From: Squalus acanthias
Taxonomy: Eukaryota
Direction: 5' to 3'
Assembly (NCBI GenBank): GCA_030390025.1
Contig: JASTWF010000114.1
Location: 744,001-808,000 of the forward strand
Length of the DNA: 64,000 nucleotides
Under the pieces are notes generated by a model. That model had not been told where the DNA came from and did not search any database. It saw only the letters and a list, made by a program, of their open reading frames with translations. Position numbers and translations under genes: made by a program. Numbering within the stretch: position 1 is the first letter of the stretch; each line of letters opens with the position of its first letter. Below are positions 49,130 to 63,550 of this stretch, piece by piece.

Positions 49130-52100
49130 CTTGAGGCCGGAGCCGCGCTCAGTTATTCCCGTGCTCGCTCTCAACATTCTGCAGTCGGTGTGGGCGCCGC
49201 GTGACCGGAGCGCACACACAGTTGGTTACACCCCCTTCAGATACGGTGGAAAGTATTACGAGCTAAGCCGTTGGGTGCATTGTCCTGTTGCATCCCACGC
49301 CTCGTGTATTTTACAACTGGGCAGCATCTCTGCGTCACAGCGGTCAGTCTAATGCACATTTTCAGAGTGGCCACAAAGAGCTTTCGATTGTAGTTCGGAG
49401 AGGGTGACAGAAAGGTTATGGTATGGATATGCGCATTTGTCATTGTTCTGAATTTTAATTTTGGCAGTTAAAGTTTAGAACTGTGTTTACTTCATTCACG
49501 GGATGTGGGCGTCGCTGGCAAGGCCGGCATGTATTGCACATCCCTAGTTGCCCTTGAGAAGGTGGTGGTGAGCCTCCTTCTTGAACCGCTGCAGTCCGTG
49601 TGGGGAAGGTGCTCCCACAGTGCTGTTAGTCAGGGAGTTCCAGGATTTTCTCCAAGCGACGATGAAGGAACGGGCGATAGACTTCCAAGTCAGTATGGTT
49701 CAAAATCATGAGGGGTCTGGACAGAGTTGGTCGAGAGAAACTGTTCCCATTGGCAGTAGGTTCGAGAACCAGATGACAGAGATTTATGGAGGTTGGCAGA
49801 AGAACCAAAGGCGACATGAGGATATACTTTTTTATGGAGCAATTGTTTAAGACCTGGTATACACTGCCTGAAATAGTGGTGGAAGCAGACTCAATCGTGG
49901 CTTTCAAAAGGGATTTGGATAAGTATCTGAAAGGAGATTAATGCAGCGCTACGGGGAAAGGGCGGAGAGTGGGTCTAGCTGAAGTGCTCATGCAGAGAGC
50001 CGACACGGGCTCGATGGTCCGAATGGCCTCCTTATGTGCTGCAAACTATCTATGATTCTATGATTCTGTGTGTGTGATTTGGAGGGGAAATTGAAGGTGG
50101 TGCTTTTCCCATTCACCTGCTACCCTTTTCCTTCTAGGTGGTGGTGTTCACGGGATTGTGAGGTGGAAGCCAGAAGTTCAGAATGTAATCCAATTCTAGT
50201 CACGGCACGGAAGCGTTTTTATACACCGAATAAATGATGGACATTGAACCCTGGCTGCAATCTGTTAGCAGCATCGTGAATAACGATGTCTTATGTTCGG
50301 TATTGCTAACAGACTTTTCTTTACCTTTTGATCAAAGTAAGAACCTGGTCGTTTATTTTAAATCGTTCGTGGGATGTGGGCCTGGCTGGCAAGGCCGGCA
50401 TTTATTGCCAACCCTTAATTGTCCTTGAGAAGGTGGTGGTGGACTTCCTATTTGAACCGCTGCAGTCCGTGTGGTGAAGTTGCTCCCACAGCTCTGTTAC
50501 GGAGGGAGTACCAGGATTCTGACCAAGCGACGATGAAGTAACGGCCGATATTTGTCCAAGTCAGTTTGGTGTGTCTGACTTGCAAGGCGGAACTTGGAGG
50601 TGGTGGTGTTCCCATGCGCCTGCTCTACTTTTCCTTATAGGTGGTGGAGGTCGCGGGTTTGGGAACTGCTGTCGGAGAAGCCTTGGCGAGTTGTTGCAGT
50701 GCAGCCTGTATGGAGATAGTACCCACTGCAGCCACGGTGCACCGGTGGTGGAGGGAGTGGATATTTAATGAATAATTTTGAGGGTCAGTATAGGATCCAT
50801 TACTCCTCTGCAAACACTGGGCAATGCAGATAAACAGGACGCGGTGTCACATGGAAGGGGAGGCTGTAAATGAGCTCAATGTACTCGAGTCTGCTCTCCG
50901 TTCAGTTGAATCTACCCTGGCTGGAAAATGTCTTCTGAGTGCGGTTGAACATGGTGCCTCACTGTTTGACCTTTCTGTGTGTGAGCGGCTGATCTGCAGA
51001 AACAGGAAACCCACAGAGAGCTTCGAGCTCGGCCATTATTTTCCAGCTCAAGTCAGAATCTCGGCCAGCCGTTTCCGCAACTCGCTGCACTTTGCACATC
51101 TCGTCGCAAGCGGCCCGAGCAGCGTGATCTGTGGTATTCAGAGCAACAGGCGCGGTCACAGCCAAAGCGCCTCTTCGCTGCCAACGAGCTTCCCCCTCTC
51201 TGCTTCAAGCTCAGACTCGCTTCTTTGTCAGTTGAGGTCAGGCATTTCCGCATCACTGTTCAGAAATTCAGTATGGTACTAAATGGTCAACAACTCAAAA
51301 CCAATTCTACCAGAAATTCATTCTAAAATTAAAATTGATGTAACTTTCTCTTAACTGCCCGGTTCCAATCCGCTTCATTCTTCTGAAGATGGCCACTCTT
51401 GACATAGGTTGCATAGGCGCCTTCTATAGAATTACACAGAATGTGCAGCACAGACACAGGCCATTCTGCCCAACCGGTCCATGCCGTTGTTTCTGCTCCA
51501 CACGAGCCTCCTTCCAGCCCTCTTCATCTCACCCTATCAGCATATCCTTCTATTCCTTTCAACCTCATGCGTTTATCTAGCTTCCCCTGAATTGCATCTA
51601 TTCTATTCGCCTCAACCACTCACTGGTAGCTTTCAAGCATTGTGTCAAAACCACTCAACCCCTACTCCGATTTCAATTGAATATTTTTTTTATTTTCCAA
51701 GTTCTTTTAAGATTGATTGAAAGACCATACCACAATTCTATTCTCATTATTTATGGCACGTGACCAAGGATTTACCGGAATTAATGCTTGTTTCATATTT
51801 TGTTCCGGACAGTTTTAGCATCAAACGAATGTTTCGCCCCGTGAACAGAGAGCAGACCGCGGTCTACGGCATCTTAATTTCCATCCAATCCCCATTATAG
51901 CTCAGAATGGGAACAGAGCGAATACTTCAACCGCATCTACTGAAGGAAATGATCAGTTAATGTTTCGGGCATAATGCCTTCGACAGACACTCAGCCGCAG
52001 TGTAATTCCAACAGTTTTTGTTTGTATTTCAGATACCCAGATTTCAAAGCATTTTATTTTCTCTACAGGGAGTCGAGGACCCGCCCCACCCCGGCTCGGC

Positions 52101-52299
52101 CCTCTGTGGGGTGATTGATTTTAATACTTTAGCCACAGGAATTATTGTAAAGATGCAGAAATGCGACGACAATCCTGGATAATATTGCTGATAACTCAAA
52201 CTATGTTCCTAAATAGCTTTCATTTTAAGTGGATATACAAGACTTAAGAATGCATTTATGTCCGTGTGTATGTCTGTGTTTATATTTGGGTGAGTCTGT

Positions 52300-52449
52300 N
52301 NNNNNNNNNNNNNNNNNNNNNNNNNNNNNNNNNNNNNNNNNNNNNNNNNNNNNNNNNNNNNNNNNNNNNNNNNNNNNNNNNNNNNNNNNNNNNNNNNNNN
52401 NNNNNNNNNNNNNNNNNNNNNNNNNNNNNNNNNNNNNNNNNNNNNNNNN
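52300..52449. other. Assembly gap (N run), at the position of the (TG)n tract in the left duplicate
   Basis: 150 N; flanks match 5990 and 6143. Confidence 1.
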
Positions 52450-54332
52450 ACGGGATGTGGGCGTTGTTGGCAAGGCCGGCATATATTCTCCATCCGCAGT
52501 TTCCCATGAGAAGATGGTGTTGAGCCGCTTTCTTGATCCGCTGCAGTCCGTGTGGTGAAGGTGCTCCCACAGTGCTGTTAGGGAGGGTGTTCCAGGATTT
52601 TGACCCAACGACGATGAAGGAGCGGCCGATATATTTCCAAGTCAGGATGGTGTGTGATTGCAACTTGGAGGTGGTGGTGCTTCCCTGCGCCTGCTGCCTT
52701 TGTCCTTCTTGGCGTATGTCATGTGTGTATGTAAGTGTGTGTATGTGCTTTTGTATCTTTAAGCTTCAATGTGCTATAACGAGACACTGTTGCTATCTGT
52801 CTACGCCACGAAGCAGCGAGTTTGGTCCTCCTAACTGGAAAACTGTTTTTTCATTGAGGTCCTGGCACACGCAGACTCTTCGCTTGCCAGTAGGGGCGCC
52901 ATAGCAGCGGTTACCATTCTCTGGAGTGAGATTGAACCCACAAACTACTGACTCGAAGGCGAAGGTGCTACCAACTCGGCGACAGCTGTCTTTCCTTTAG
53001 ATAGAGAGAAACTATTTCCTCTGGGGGGGGGGGGGGAGTATAGAATAAAGGGGCATAACCTTAAAATTTGAGCCAGGTCCTTCAGGGGTGATGTCAGGAA
53101 GCACTTCTTCACTCAAGGTGCAGTGGAAATCTGGAACTCTTTCTCCCAAAAAGCGTTGAGGCTGGGGTTCAATTGAAAATTCAAAACTGAGATTGATAGA
53201 TTTTAGTTGGTAAGCGTATTAAGGGTTAAGGAACCAGGGCGGGTAGTTGGAGTTAAGACACAGATCAGCCGTGATCTCAGTGAACGGCCTCCTCCTGTTC
53301 CTATGTTCCTATCTCTTTGCGCTCGCCAGGATTTACTTAGAATGTATTGCTTTTTCAAACAGCGCTTGGCGTGTTATAAAGTTAATCCAGTGTATCAGTA
53401 CGATGGCAGTGTGCAACTAACATTAAATAGCAAGGAGGTATTGGTCTCGCATTTTCCTTAACTTTTTGGATTGACTGGTGGCACTGTATAGGCTAGATGG
53501 GGAAAGGCTTTCCCACTAGTTGTTGGTTTAAGGATTAGGGGACACAAATTTAAGATTTTGGGCAAGAGATACAGGGGGCTTTGAGGAAAAACTTTTTTAC
53601 ACAGCGAGTGGTGAGGACCTGGAATTAGCTGCCGATGGATGTGGTGGAAGCGGAGAAACTCAATGTTTTCAAGGGGAGACTGGATAGGCACTTGAGGGAA
53701 ATAAACTTGCAGGGCTACGGGGTTATAGCAGGGGAATGGGACTGACTGGATTGTTCTACAGAGAGCTGGCACCGACTCGATAGGCCGAATGGCCTCTTTC
53801 TGTGCTGTATTACTCTATGACTCTATGACTATGACTGTAGCACCAGTTACTGGCCAGTTTGTTGGAAACTTCACGCAAGCAATTTTAAAAAAGTTTTCCT
53901 AAAATTGAAAAATGCACCAGAAGTTTAGAATCATAGAATCATAGAAAGGTTACAGCACAGAAGGAGGGCATTCGGCCGATCGAGCCCGTGCCGGCTCTCT
54001 GCAAGAGCAGTTCAGCTAGTCCCACTCCCCCGCCCTTTCCCCGAAGTTTTTCCTTCAGGAACGTATCCAACACTTTTTCGAAAGCCATGATAGAGTCTGC
54101 CTCCACCACCCTTTCAAGCAATGCATTCCAGATCCTAACCTCTCGCTGTGTATTAAATATTTTCCTTATGTCGCTTTCGTTATTTTGCCAATCACCTTAC
54201 ATCTCTGTCCTTTTGTTCTCGACCCTTCCGCCAAAAGGAACAATTTCTCTCTATCGACTCTGTCCAGATCCCTCATGATTGTGAACACCTCTATCAAATC
54301 TCCTCTCAACCTTCTCTGCTCTAAGGCAACTA

Positions 54333-54625
54333 GGCACCACGGTGGCATAGTAGTTAGCACTGTTGCCTCACAGAGCTAGTAGATCCGGGTTCGAATCCGG
54401 TCACGGGTGACTGTTTGTGTGGAGTTTGCACATTTTCCCCGAATCTGCGTGGATTTGCTCCGGTTTCCTCCCACAGTCCAAAGATGTGTGGGTTAGGTTG
54501 ATTTGGCTATGATAAATTGATCTTTAGTGTTAGGGTGATTAAATACGCGGGGATAGGGTGGGATATGTGTCGGTGCAGGCTCGATGGGCCGAAATGGCCT
54601 CTAATCTGCACTGTGGTGATTCTGT
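54333..54625 (+). mobile_element. tRNA-derived V-SINE (HE1-like), present only in the right duplicate
   Basis: Box A/B head (TGGCATAGTAG..GGTTCGAATCC), V-domain GTGGAGTTTGCACATT..TGCTCCGGTTTCCTCCCACAGTCCAAAGA, CR1-like tail; absent at ~9020. Confidence 0.8.
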
Positions 54626-57600
54626 GAGCAATTCCAGCTTCTCCAGTCTATTCATGTAACTGAAGTCCCTCATCCCTGGAATTGAACTATTGTTATTTTG
54701 TAATCAGATTCCGTCATGATTTTTTGAATGAGAAGAGGATTGCTGATGCTGGATATGATAAATATGTGTCCAAGCATCCTACCTCCTAATTGGCCAGCAG
54801 GTCCCTCAAAGAAGTACTTGTTTTTAATGGATATTTATGTTGGCCGCTAGGGGCGCTGTGTCTTGAGTTTCCAGTCAGTGTATATTAAAACCAGACCCCA
54901 TCATTCGGAGTACTGTGCATTCTGACCCTTTTACCTTATGCTAATTATGTAAACGGGACTGATTGATTAACGGTATATTAATTTTGATTATTTCTTGAGA
55001 GGTTTTGTTCACGCCCGTTATATTTCTGAAATAAACGTTTGGGAAACCGTTTTCTTCCCGTGATTCACACTGAAGTAAGATATGTAAACCACTGCATGTT
55101 CAGGTGTTAGCAGTGGTGCAGTTACTAGCACTCTCGCCTCTTGACTCCGAAGTTTGTGGGGCCAATTCCCAGTCCAGATTTCAGGATGTCCCAAAACGCT
55201 TAGAGACAAGTCTGCACTTTTAAAGTGTAGTCAACGTTGTAATGTAGGAAACGCTGCAGCCATATTGCGCACAGCAAACTCCCACAAACAGCAACGTTAT
55301 AGTTTCAGATCATCTGTTATAGTGATCTTTGTTGAGGGTTAAATATTTACCAGGTGAACACCAGCTCTTCTTTGAAATAGTGCCGTGGCATATTTTACGA
55401 CCCCCCGAGTAAACAGACGGGACCTCGGTTCAAAATCTCATCCGAAAGGCGGCACCTCCGACATTGCAGCGCTCCCTCAGTACCGGCACTGTGTTATCAG
55501 CCTGGATTCTGTGCTCAAGCCTCCGGAGTGGGACTTGAACCCACAACCTTCTGACGCAGAGGCGAGCAGGACAGATATTCTGTAACTGCTGAATTGAACG
55601 CTCTCCGAACAGAGATATCAACCACAAGGCCATTTGGGGACAGACGACCCACAAATTAACCGACCAATACCTGGCAATACTTGGGAAGGCCTGAACCGCT
55701 CCGATGATACCTGGGAGAAGTTTTCTAAAAAAATGTTCTTGTGAGTAAAATGCAATCTGCAATAAATGAATGCCTATCGGTATCTGTACGCGTGTGTTTA
55801 AAGACAACCTACACCTTGTGCAATAGAAAGATTTGCCGAAATCTATTCTATTCCACAATTTAAGAAATATCCAGTAATGACACATCGCAGTAAGTCGAAA
55901 GTATTTTGTGTATGACTGGAATTGTTGGCAACCATGTTCTGCTAAAGCTTGCTTGATGGTGTAAGGGAGTTGAGAAGAAATTTCCAGAGATCATTTCTTC
56001 TGAAATATGTTAGTTAGCTTCACTGACGGCTGTAAATGGACATTTACATCCAATGGATCTGGTTTTGTTGTCGCGAACATTTTCATTGAATGATGCTTAT
56101 TCGCCAATTTTTGTTTTTAGGATCATGATTGAGTGTTTGATATGTGTGAAACACAATATCAAAGCAAAATTCCAAACTATGTTTCATTGTACTTCCTGCG
56201 CATGTTCGCTGAGTTATTAGAGAGAAGGAGAAAGAGAGAGAGAGAGAGAGAGAGATAGTGATGGAGAGACAGAGACAGAGAGAGAAAGAGAGAGACAGAG
56301 AGACAGAGAGAGAGTTGCTTTCGTTTGGGTCATGAGTTCCGTTTGCTGTAGTTCATACAGACTCTTTTTAAATAGACTCTGTGGAATGTTTGCGGTACTG
56401 CTCTGTTTAAATATACTCTGTTTGCTGAGCAAATAGAGTTCGTTTGCTGTAAAATAGGCTGTTTGATGTGAGTCCTGCCTTAAGTCCCGACCAACCTCCT
56501 ACAACAACAACAACAACTGGTATTTATATAGCGCTATTAGCATAGAAGCATAGAAGATAGGAGCAGGAATAGGCCATTCGGCCCGCGAGCCTGCTCCGCC
56601 CTTTAATGAGATCATGGCTGATCATCCAAATTCAGTACCCTCTCCCAGCTTTCTCCCCATATCCCTTGATCCCTTTAGCCTTAAGAAATATATCTATCTC
56701 CTTCTTGAATATATTTAATGAATTGGCCTCAACTGACTTCTGTGGTAGAGAATTCCACAGGTTCACCTCTCTTTGGGTGAAGAACTTCCTGGTCATCTCA
56801 TTCCTAAATGGCTTACCCCTTATCTTTAGACTGCAACCTTTGGTGCTGGACTCCCCCGCCGTCGGGAACATCCTTCTTGCATCTAGTCTGTCTAGTCCTG
56901 TTAGAATTTTATAAGTTTCAATGAGATCCCTTCTTATTCTTCGAAACTCTAGCGAATATAAGCCTAATCGACCCAATCTCTCTTCATACGTCATTCCTGC
57001 CATCCCGGGTATCAGCCTGGTGAATCTTCGCTGCACTGCCTCCATGGCAAGAACATCTTTCCTCAGATAAGGCGACCAAAACTGCACACAATACTCAAGA
57101 TGTGGTCTCACCAAGGCCCTGTACAACTGCAGCAAGATATCCTTGTTCCTGTACTCGAACCCTTTCGCAACGAAGGCCAACACACCATTTGCCTTCTTAA
57201 CCGCCTGCTGCACCTGCATGCTTACCTTCAGCGATTGGTGCACAAGGACACCCAGGTCTCGTTGCACTTCCCCTTCTCCCAATCTATTGCCATTCAGATA
57301 ATAACCTGCCGTCCTGTTTTTGACACCAAAGTGGATAACCTCGCATTTATCCACATTATATTGCATCTGCCATGCTTCAGCCCTATCACCCAACCTATCC
57401 AAATTGTACTGGATTTTCTCGGCATCCTCCTCACGGCACACACTCCCACACAGCTTTGTGTCGTCTTCAAACTTGGAGATATTACATCCAATTCCATCGT
57501 CCAGATCATTAATATATATTGTGAATAGCTGGGGTCCTAGGACCGATCCCTGCGTTACCCCACTAGTCACCGCCTGCCACTCGGAAAAAGACCAATTTAT

Positions 57601-60600
57601 TCCAAATCTTTGCTTTCTGTCTGCCAACGAGTTCTCTATCCAAGTCAATACCTTGCCCCCAATCCCATGTGCCTTAACGTTACACGCTAATCTCTTATGC
57701 GGGACCTTATCGAAAGCCTTCTGAAAGTCCAAATACACCACATCCACTGGTTCTCCCTTATCCATTTTACCAGTTACATCCTTAAAATATTCCAGTAGAT
57801 TAATCAAGCACGATTTGCCTTTTGTAAATCCATGTTGACTTTGTCCGATCCTGTCACTGTTTTCCAAGTGCTCTGCTGTTGCATCTTTTATAATGGACTC
57901 TAGCATTTTGCCCACTACCGATGTCAGGCTTACTGGTCCATAATTCCCCGCTTTCTCTCTACCACCTTTTTTGAATAGTGGGGTAACATTAGCTACCCTC
58001 CAATACATGGATACTGTTCCAGAGTCTATAGAATTTTTGGAAGATGACCAGCAATGCATCTACTGTTTCAAAGGCCGCTTCCTTAAGTACCCTAGGATGT
58101 AAATTATCAGGCCACATTATACTGCATCTGCCATGCATCTGCCCAATCACCCAACCTGTCCAAATCATACTGGAGTTTGTCTGCATCCTCCTCACAGCAC
58201 ACACGCCCACCCAGCTTTGTTTCGTCTGCAAACATCGTGATATTACATCTAGTTCCCTCGTCTAGATCATTAATATATATTGTGAATAGCTGGGGTCCTA
58301 GCACCGATCCCTGTGGTACCAAACTAGTCACTGCCTGCCACTCGGAGAAAGACCCTTTTATTCCAACTCTTTGCTACCTGTCTGCCAAACAGTTCTCTAT
58401 CCAAATCAGTACCTCACCCCCAATCCCATGTGATTTAACTTTGCACGCTAATCTCTTATGCGGGACCTTATCGACAGCCTTCTGAAATTCCAAATTCACC
58501 ACATCCACTGTTTCTCCCTGATCCATTCTACCTGTTACATCATCAAAAAATTTCAGTAGATTAGTCAGGCATGATTTCCCTTTTGTAAATCCATGGTGAC
58601 TTTGTCCGATCCTGTCACTGTTTTCCAAGTGCTCTGCTATTGCATCTTTTATCATGGACTCTAGGATTTTACCCACTACCGATGTCAGGCTTACCGGTCT
58701 ATAATTCCCCGCTTTTTCTCTACCAACTTTATTAAATAGTGGGGGTTTCATTAGCTACCCTCCAATCCTTGGGAACTGTTCCAGTGTCTATAGAATTTTG
58801 AAAGATGACTAGCAATGCAACTACTATTTCTAGGGTCACATCATTAAGTACCCTAGGATGTAGATTATCAGGCCCTGGGGATTTATCGGCCTTCAATCCT
58901 GTCAATTTCCCTAACACCATTTCCGTACCAATAGTGATTTCATTCAATTCCTCCCTCTCATTAGACCCTATGTTCCCCGACATCTCTGGGATGTTATTTA
59001 TGTCCTCCTTTGTGACGACAGAACCAAACTATGTATTTAAATCGTCATCCATTTCTTTGTTCCCCATTATAAATTCCCCTGATTCTGACTGAAAGGGACC
59101 TACGCTTGACTTCACCAATCTTTTTCTCTTAACATATCTATAGAAGCTTTTACGGTCAGTTTTTATGTTCCTTGAAAGTTTACTATCATATTCTATTTTC
59201 CCCCTCTTAATTAATCCCTTTTGTCCTCCTTTGCTGAATCCTAAACTGCTCCCAATCCTCAGGTTTTCTGCGTTTTCGGGCCAATTTATATGCCCTCTCC
59301 TTGGATCTTATGCTATCACTAATTTCCCTTGTTAGCCACGGTTGAATCACCTTTTTTGTTTTATTTTTATGCCAAACAGGGATGAATAATTATGTAGTTC
59401 ATTCATGCGATCTTTAAATATTTGCCATTGCCTATCCACCGTCAATCATTTAAGTAAGGTTCCCCAATCCATCCTAGCCAACTCGCGCCTCATACCATCG
59501 TAGTTTCCTTTATTTAAATTCAGGACATAAGTCTCTGAGTCAACTACTTCACTCTCCATCTTAATGAAGGATTCTATCATATTATGATCGTTCCTCCCCA
59601 TGGGGCCTCGCAAAAAAAGATTGCTAATTAATCCTTTCTCATTACATAATACCCAGTCAAGATGGCCTGATCTCCAGTTGGTTCCTCGACATATTGGTCC
59701 AGGAAACCGTCCCGTATATACTCTAGGAATTCCTCCTCCACAGTATTGTTACTAATTTGGTTAACTCAATCTGTATGTAAATTAAAGTCACCCATGATAA
59801 CTGCTGTTTCCTTATTGCACGCATCTCTAATTTCCCGTTTAATGACATCCACAACCACAGCATTACTGTTTGGGGGTCTGTATACAACTCCCACTAACTT
59901 TTTCAGCCCCTTGGTGTTTCTCAGCTCTACCCATACAGATTGAACATCATCAGAGCTAATACCCTCCTTTACTATTGTGTTAATCACCTCTTTAACCAGC
60001 AATGCTACCCCGCCTCCTTTTCCTTTTTGTCTGTCCTTCCTGAATATTGAATACCACTGGATGTTCAATTCCCAGCCTTGGTCACCCTGGATCCGTGTCT
60101 CCGTAATCCCAATTATATCATAAACGTTTACATCTATTTGCGCAGCTAATTCATCCACATTATTACGAATGCTCCTCGCATTAAGACACAAAGCCTTCAG
60201 GCTTGTTTTTTTAACATTCTTAGTCATTTTAGAATTATTATTTACTGTAGCCCTGTTTGATTTACAGCCTTGATTTCTCTGCCTTCCACATTTGCTTCTC
60301 TCCTTCCTGTCTTTTGCTTCTATCCTTGCTTCAATTTCCTCTGTTTCCCTGCACAGGTCCCCAACCCCCTGCCATTTTAGTTTAAACCCTCCCCAACAGC
60401 ACTAGCAAACACTCCCCCTAGGACATCGATGCCGGTCCTGCCCAGGTGCAAATCGTCCAGTTTGTACTGGTCCCACCTCCCCCAGAACCGGTTCCAATGT
60501 CACAGGAATTTGAATCCCTCCCCCTTGCACTATTCCTCTAGCCACATATTCATCTGAAATTTCCTTCTATTTCTACTCTAACTAGCACGCGGCACCGTTA

Positions 60601-60647
60601 GCAATCCTGAGATTACTATCTTTGAGGTCCTATTTCTTAATTTACCT

Positions 60648-62279
60648 AGAAAAATAGAAGATAGGATGGAGTAGGCCATTCGGCCCCAAAAGCCTTCTCC
60701 GCCATTCAATGCGATCATGGCTGATCATACAAATTCAGAACCCTGTCCCTGCTTTCTCCCCATATCCCTTGATCCCTTTAGCTTTAAGAAATATATCCAA
60801 CTCCTTCTTGAATATATTTAATGAATTGGCCTCTACTGCCTTCTGTGGTACAGAATTCCACAGGTTCACCACTCTCTGGATGAAGAAATTCCTCCTCATT
60901 TCTGTACTAAATTGCTTACCTCTTATCCTTAGACTTTCACCCCTGGTTCTGGACTCCACGACCATCGGGAACATCCTTCCTGCATCTAGACTGTCCAGTC
61001 CTTTCAGAATTTTATAAATTTCAATCAGATCCCATCTCATTCTTCTAAACTCCAGCGAGTATAAGCCCAATCAACCAAATCTCTCCTCACACTTAATTCC
61101 TGCCATCCCAGGTATCAGCCTGGTGAATCTCCGCTGAACTCCTTCCATGGCAAGAACCTCCTTCCTCAGATAAGGTGACCAAAACTTCACACAATACTCA
61201 AGATGTGGTCTCACCAAGGCCCTGTACAACTGCAGAAAGACATGCTTGTTCCTGTACTCAAACCCTTTCGCTTCGAAGACCAACATACCATTTGCCTTCT
61301 TAACCGCCTGCTGCACCTGCATGCTTACCCTCAACGACTGGTGCACAAGGACACCCAGGTCTCGTCGCACTTCCCCTTCTCCCAATCTATTGCCATTCAG
61401 ATAATAATCTGCCTTCCTGTTTTTGACGCCAAAGTGGATAACCTCGCATTTATCCCCGTTATATTGCATCTGCCATGCTTCTGCCCAATCACCCAACCTG
61501 TCCAAATCATCCTGGAGTTTCTCGGCATCCTCCTCACAGCACACACGCCCCCCCAGCTTTGTTTCGTCTGCAAACTTGGAGATATTAGATCTAGTTCGCT
61601 AGTCGAGATCATCAATAAATATTGTGAATATCTGGGGTCCAAGGACCGATTCCTGCGGTACCCCACTAGTCACTGCCTGCCACTCGGAAAAATACCCGTT
61701 TATTCTAACTTTTTGCTTTCTGTCTGCCAACCAGTTCTCTCTTCCAAGTCAATAACTTGCCCCCAATCCCATGTGCCTTACCTTTACACGTTAATCTCTA
61801 ATGCGGGTCCTAATCGAATGCCTTTTGAAAGTCCAAATACACCACATCCACTGGTTCTCCCTTATCTATTTTACCAGTTACATCCTCAAAAAATTCCAGT
61901 AGATAAGTCATGCATGATTTACCTTTTGTAAATCCACGTTGACTTTGTCCGATCCTGTCACTGTTTTCCAAGTGCTCTGCTATTACATCTTTTATAATGG
62001 AATCTAGCATTTTCCCCATTACCGATGTCAGGCTTACCAGTCTGTAATTCCCCGTTTTCGCTCTGCCACCTTTTTTGAATAGTAGGGTAACATTAGCTAC
62101 CCTCCAATCCATGGGTATTGTTCCAGATTCCATCGAATGTTGGAAGATGATCAGCAATGCATCTACTATTTCTAGGGCCACTTCCTTCAATACCCTCGGA
62201 CGTAGATTATCAGGCCCTGGGGATTTATAGGCCTTTAATCCCGCCAATTTCCCTAACGCCATTTACCTACAAATACTGA
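60648..62279 (-). mobile_element. 5'-truncated CR1 nested within ORF1 of the longer CR1
   Basis: Own 3' tail at ~60648-60730; ORF1 of the host continues on both sides (60360-60647 and 62280+). Confidence 0.75.
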
Positions 62280-63264
62280 CTCCTAACTCCCTATATTCAG
62301 CTTTTAGGACCTCATCCCGTTTTTTACCTATATCGTTGTTACCTATATGCACCACGACAACTGGCTGTTCACCCTCCCCCTCCAGAATGCCCTGCAGCCA
62401 CTCCGAGTCATCCTTGACCCTTGCACCAGGGAGGCAACATACCATTCTGGAGTCTCGTTTGCGGCCCGAGAAACGCCTATCAATTCTGCTTACAATAGAA
62501 TCCTCAATCTCTATAGCTCTCTCGCTCTTTTTCCTCCCGTCCTGTGCAGCAGAAGCACCGTTGATGCTGCTGCCTTCCCCCGATATGCCATCTGCCTCAA
62601 CACTATCCAAAGTGGTATATCTGTTTGAGAGGGGGTTGTCCACAGGGGACCCCTGCACTACCTGCCTGCGCCTACTACTCTGCCTGGCGTTCACCCATTC
62701 CCTTCCTGCCTGTGCAGCCTTTACGTGTGGTGTGACCAACTCCCTAAACGTGCTATCCACGATGTCCTCATCATCGCGAATGCTCCAGTATGCATCCATT
62801 CGCAGCTCCAGCGCCGCAATGCGGTCTGCCAGTAGCTGCAGCTGGATACACTTCCCACACACATGGTCAACAGGGACACAGGAAGTGTCCCTGATTTCCC
62901 ACATAGTGCAGGAGGAGCATGCCACGGGGATGAGCTGTGCTGCCATGACTTATCCTTTAATTAATTTAAATTAACTCAAATCAATTCCACAAATTACACG
63001 ACAATTAAATGATATACTCAAGGGCCCTTGTATACTAGCACTCCCTGCTACACAACAGAGACCTTAGAAAATATATCCAAAAAAATTAGGACATTCTAAA
63101 ATTTATAAACTATTAACGTTAACTGTCAAACCACAGAGTAGTATAAATACTCACCTGGCCGTACTCACCCAATCAGCTGCTTCCTCTTGTCCGCGTCACT
63201 TTTTGAATTGTGACGGGGCTCTGGAACGCCGCCGCCTGTCTGTGAGATTGTTGAGCCTCTGAAC

Positions 63265-63550
63265 AAAAGCCGGCGAAAGTGAGTTTAACTACTCACATTG
63301 CTGCTGCTCTCTCCGCACCCGACACTGGCATCTGAAAAAAAGTCCGCGAAAGTGAGTTTAACTATTCACTGTACTGCTGCTCTCTCCGCTCCCGACACTG
63401 GCCGCTGCAAAAAAGCCCGCGAAAGTGTGTTTAAATACTCACTGTGCGGCTGCTCTCTCCGCTAACGACACTGGCCTCTGCAAAAAAGACCGCGAAAGTG
63501 AGTTTAAATACTCACTGTGCTGCTGCTCTCTCCGCTCCCGACACTGGCCT
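63265..63550. repeat. ~72-bp tandem repeat (about 4 copies) at the CR1 5' end
   Basis: AAAAAG.CCGCGAAAGTGAGTTTAA.TACTCACTGTGCTGCTGCTCTCTCCGCTCCCGACACTGGCC units. Confidence 0.85.

Larger units (their letters stand above)
56540..63550 (-). mobile_element. Composite CR1 complex: near full-length element (5'UTR, ORF1, endonuclease, RT) with nested/duplicated RT-3' segments
   Basis: ORF1 62263-62946 (CSSC..VCGKC zinc motif, GDS-like esterase, CLPGA, HIGNND); APE 59766-60227 (LNARS, GITET, VYRPP, MGDFN); RT copies 56632-58059, 58107-58983, 60735-62262. Confidence 0.92.

Noticed and set aside
54333-54410. tRNA gene
   Set aside because: It is the tRNA-derived head of a V-SINE, continuing into the SINE body and tail
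63265-63550. 72-bp repeat array as possible CRISPR
   Set aside because: Whole units repeat with no variable spacers; located at a LINE 5' end
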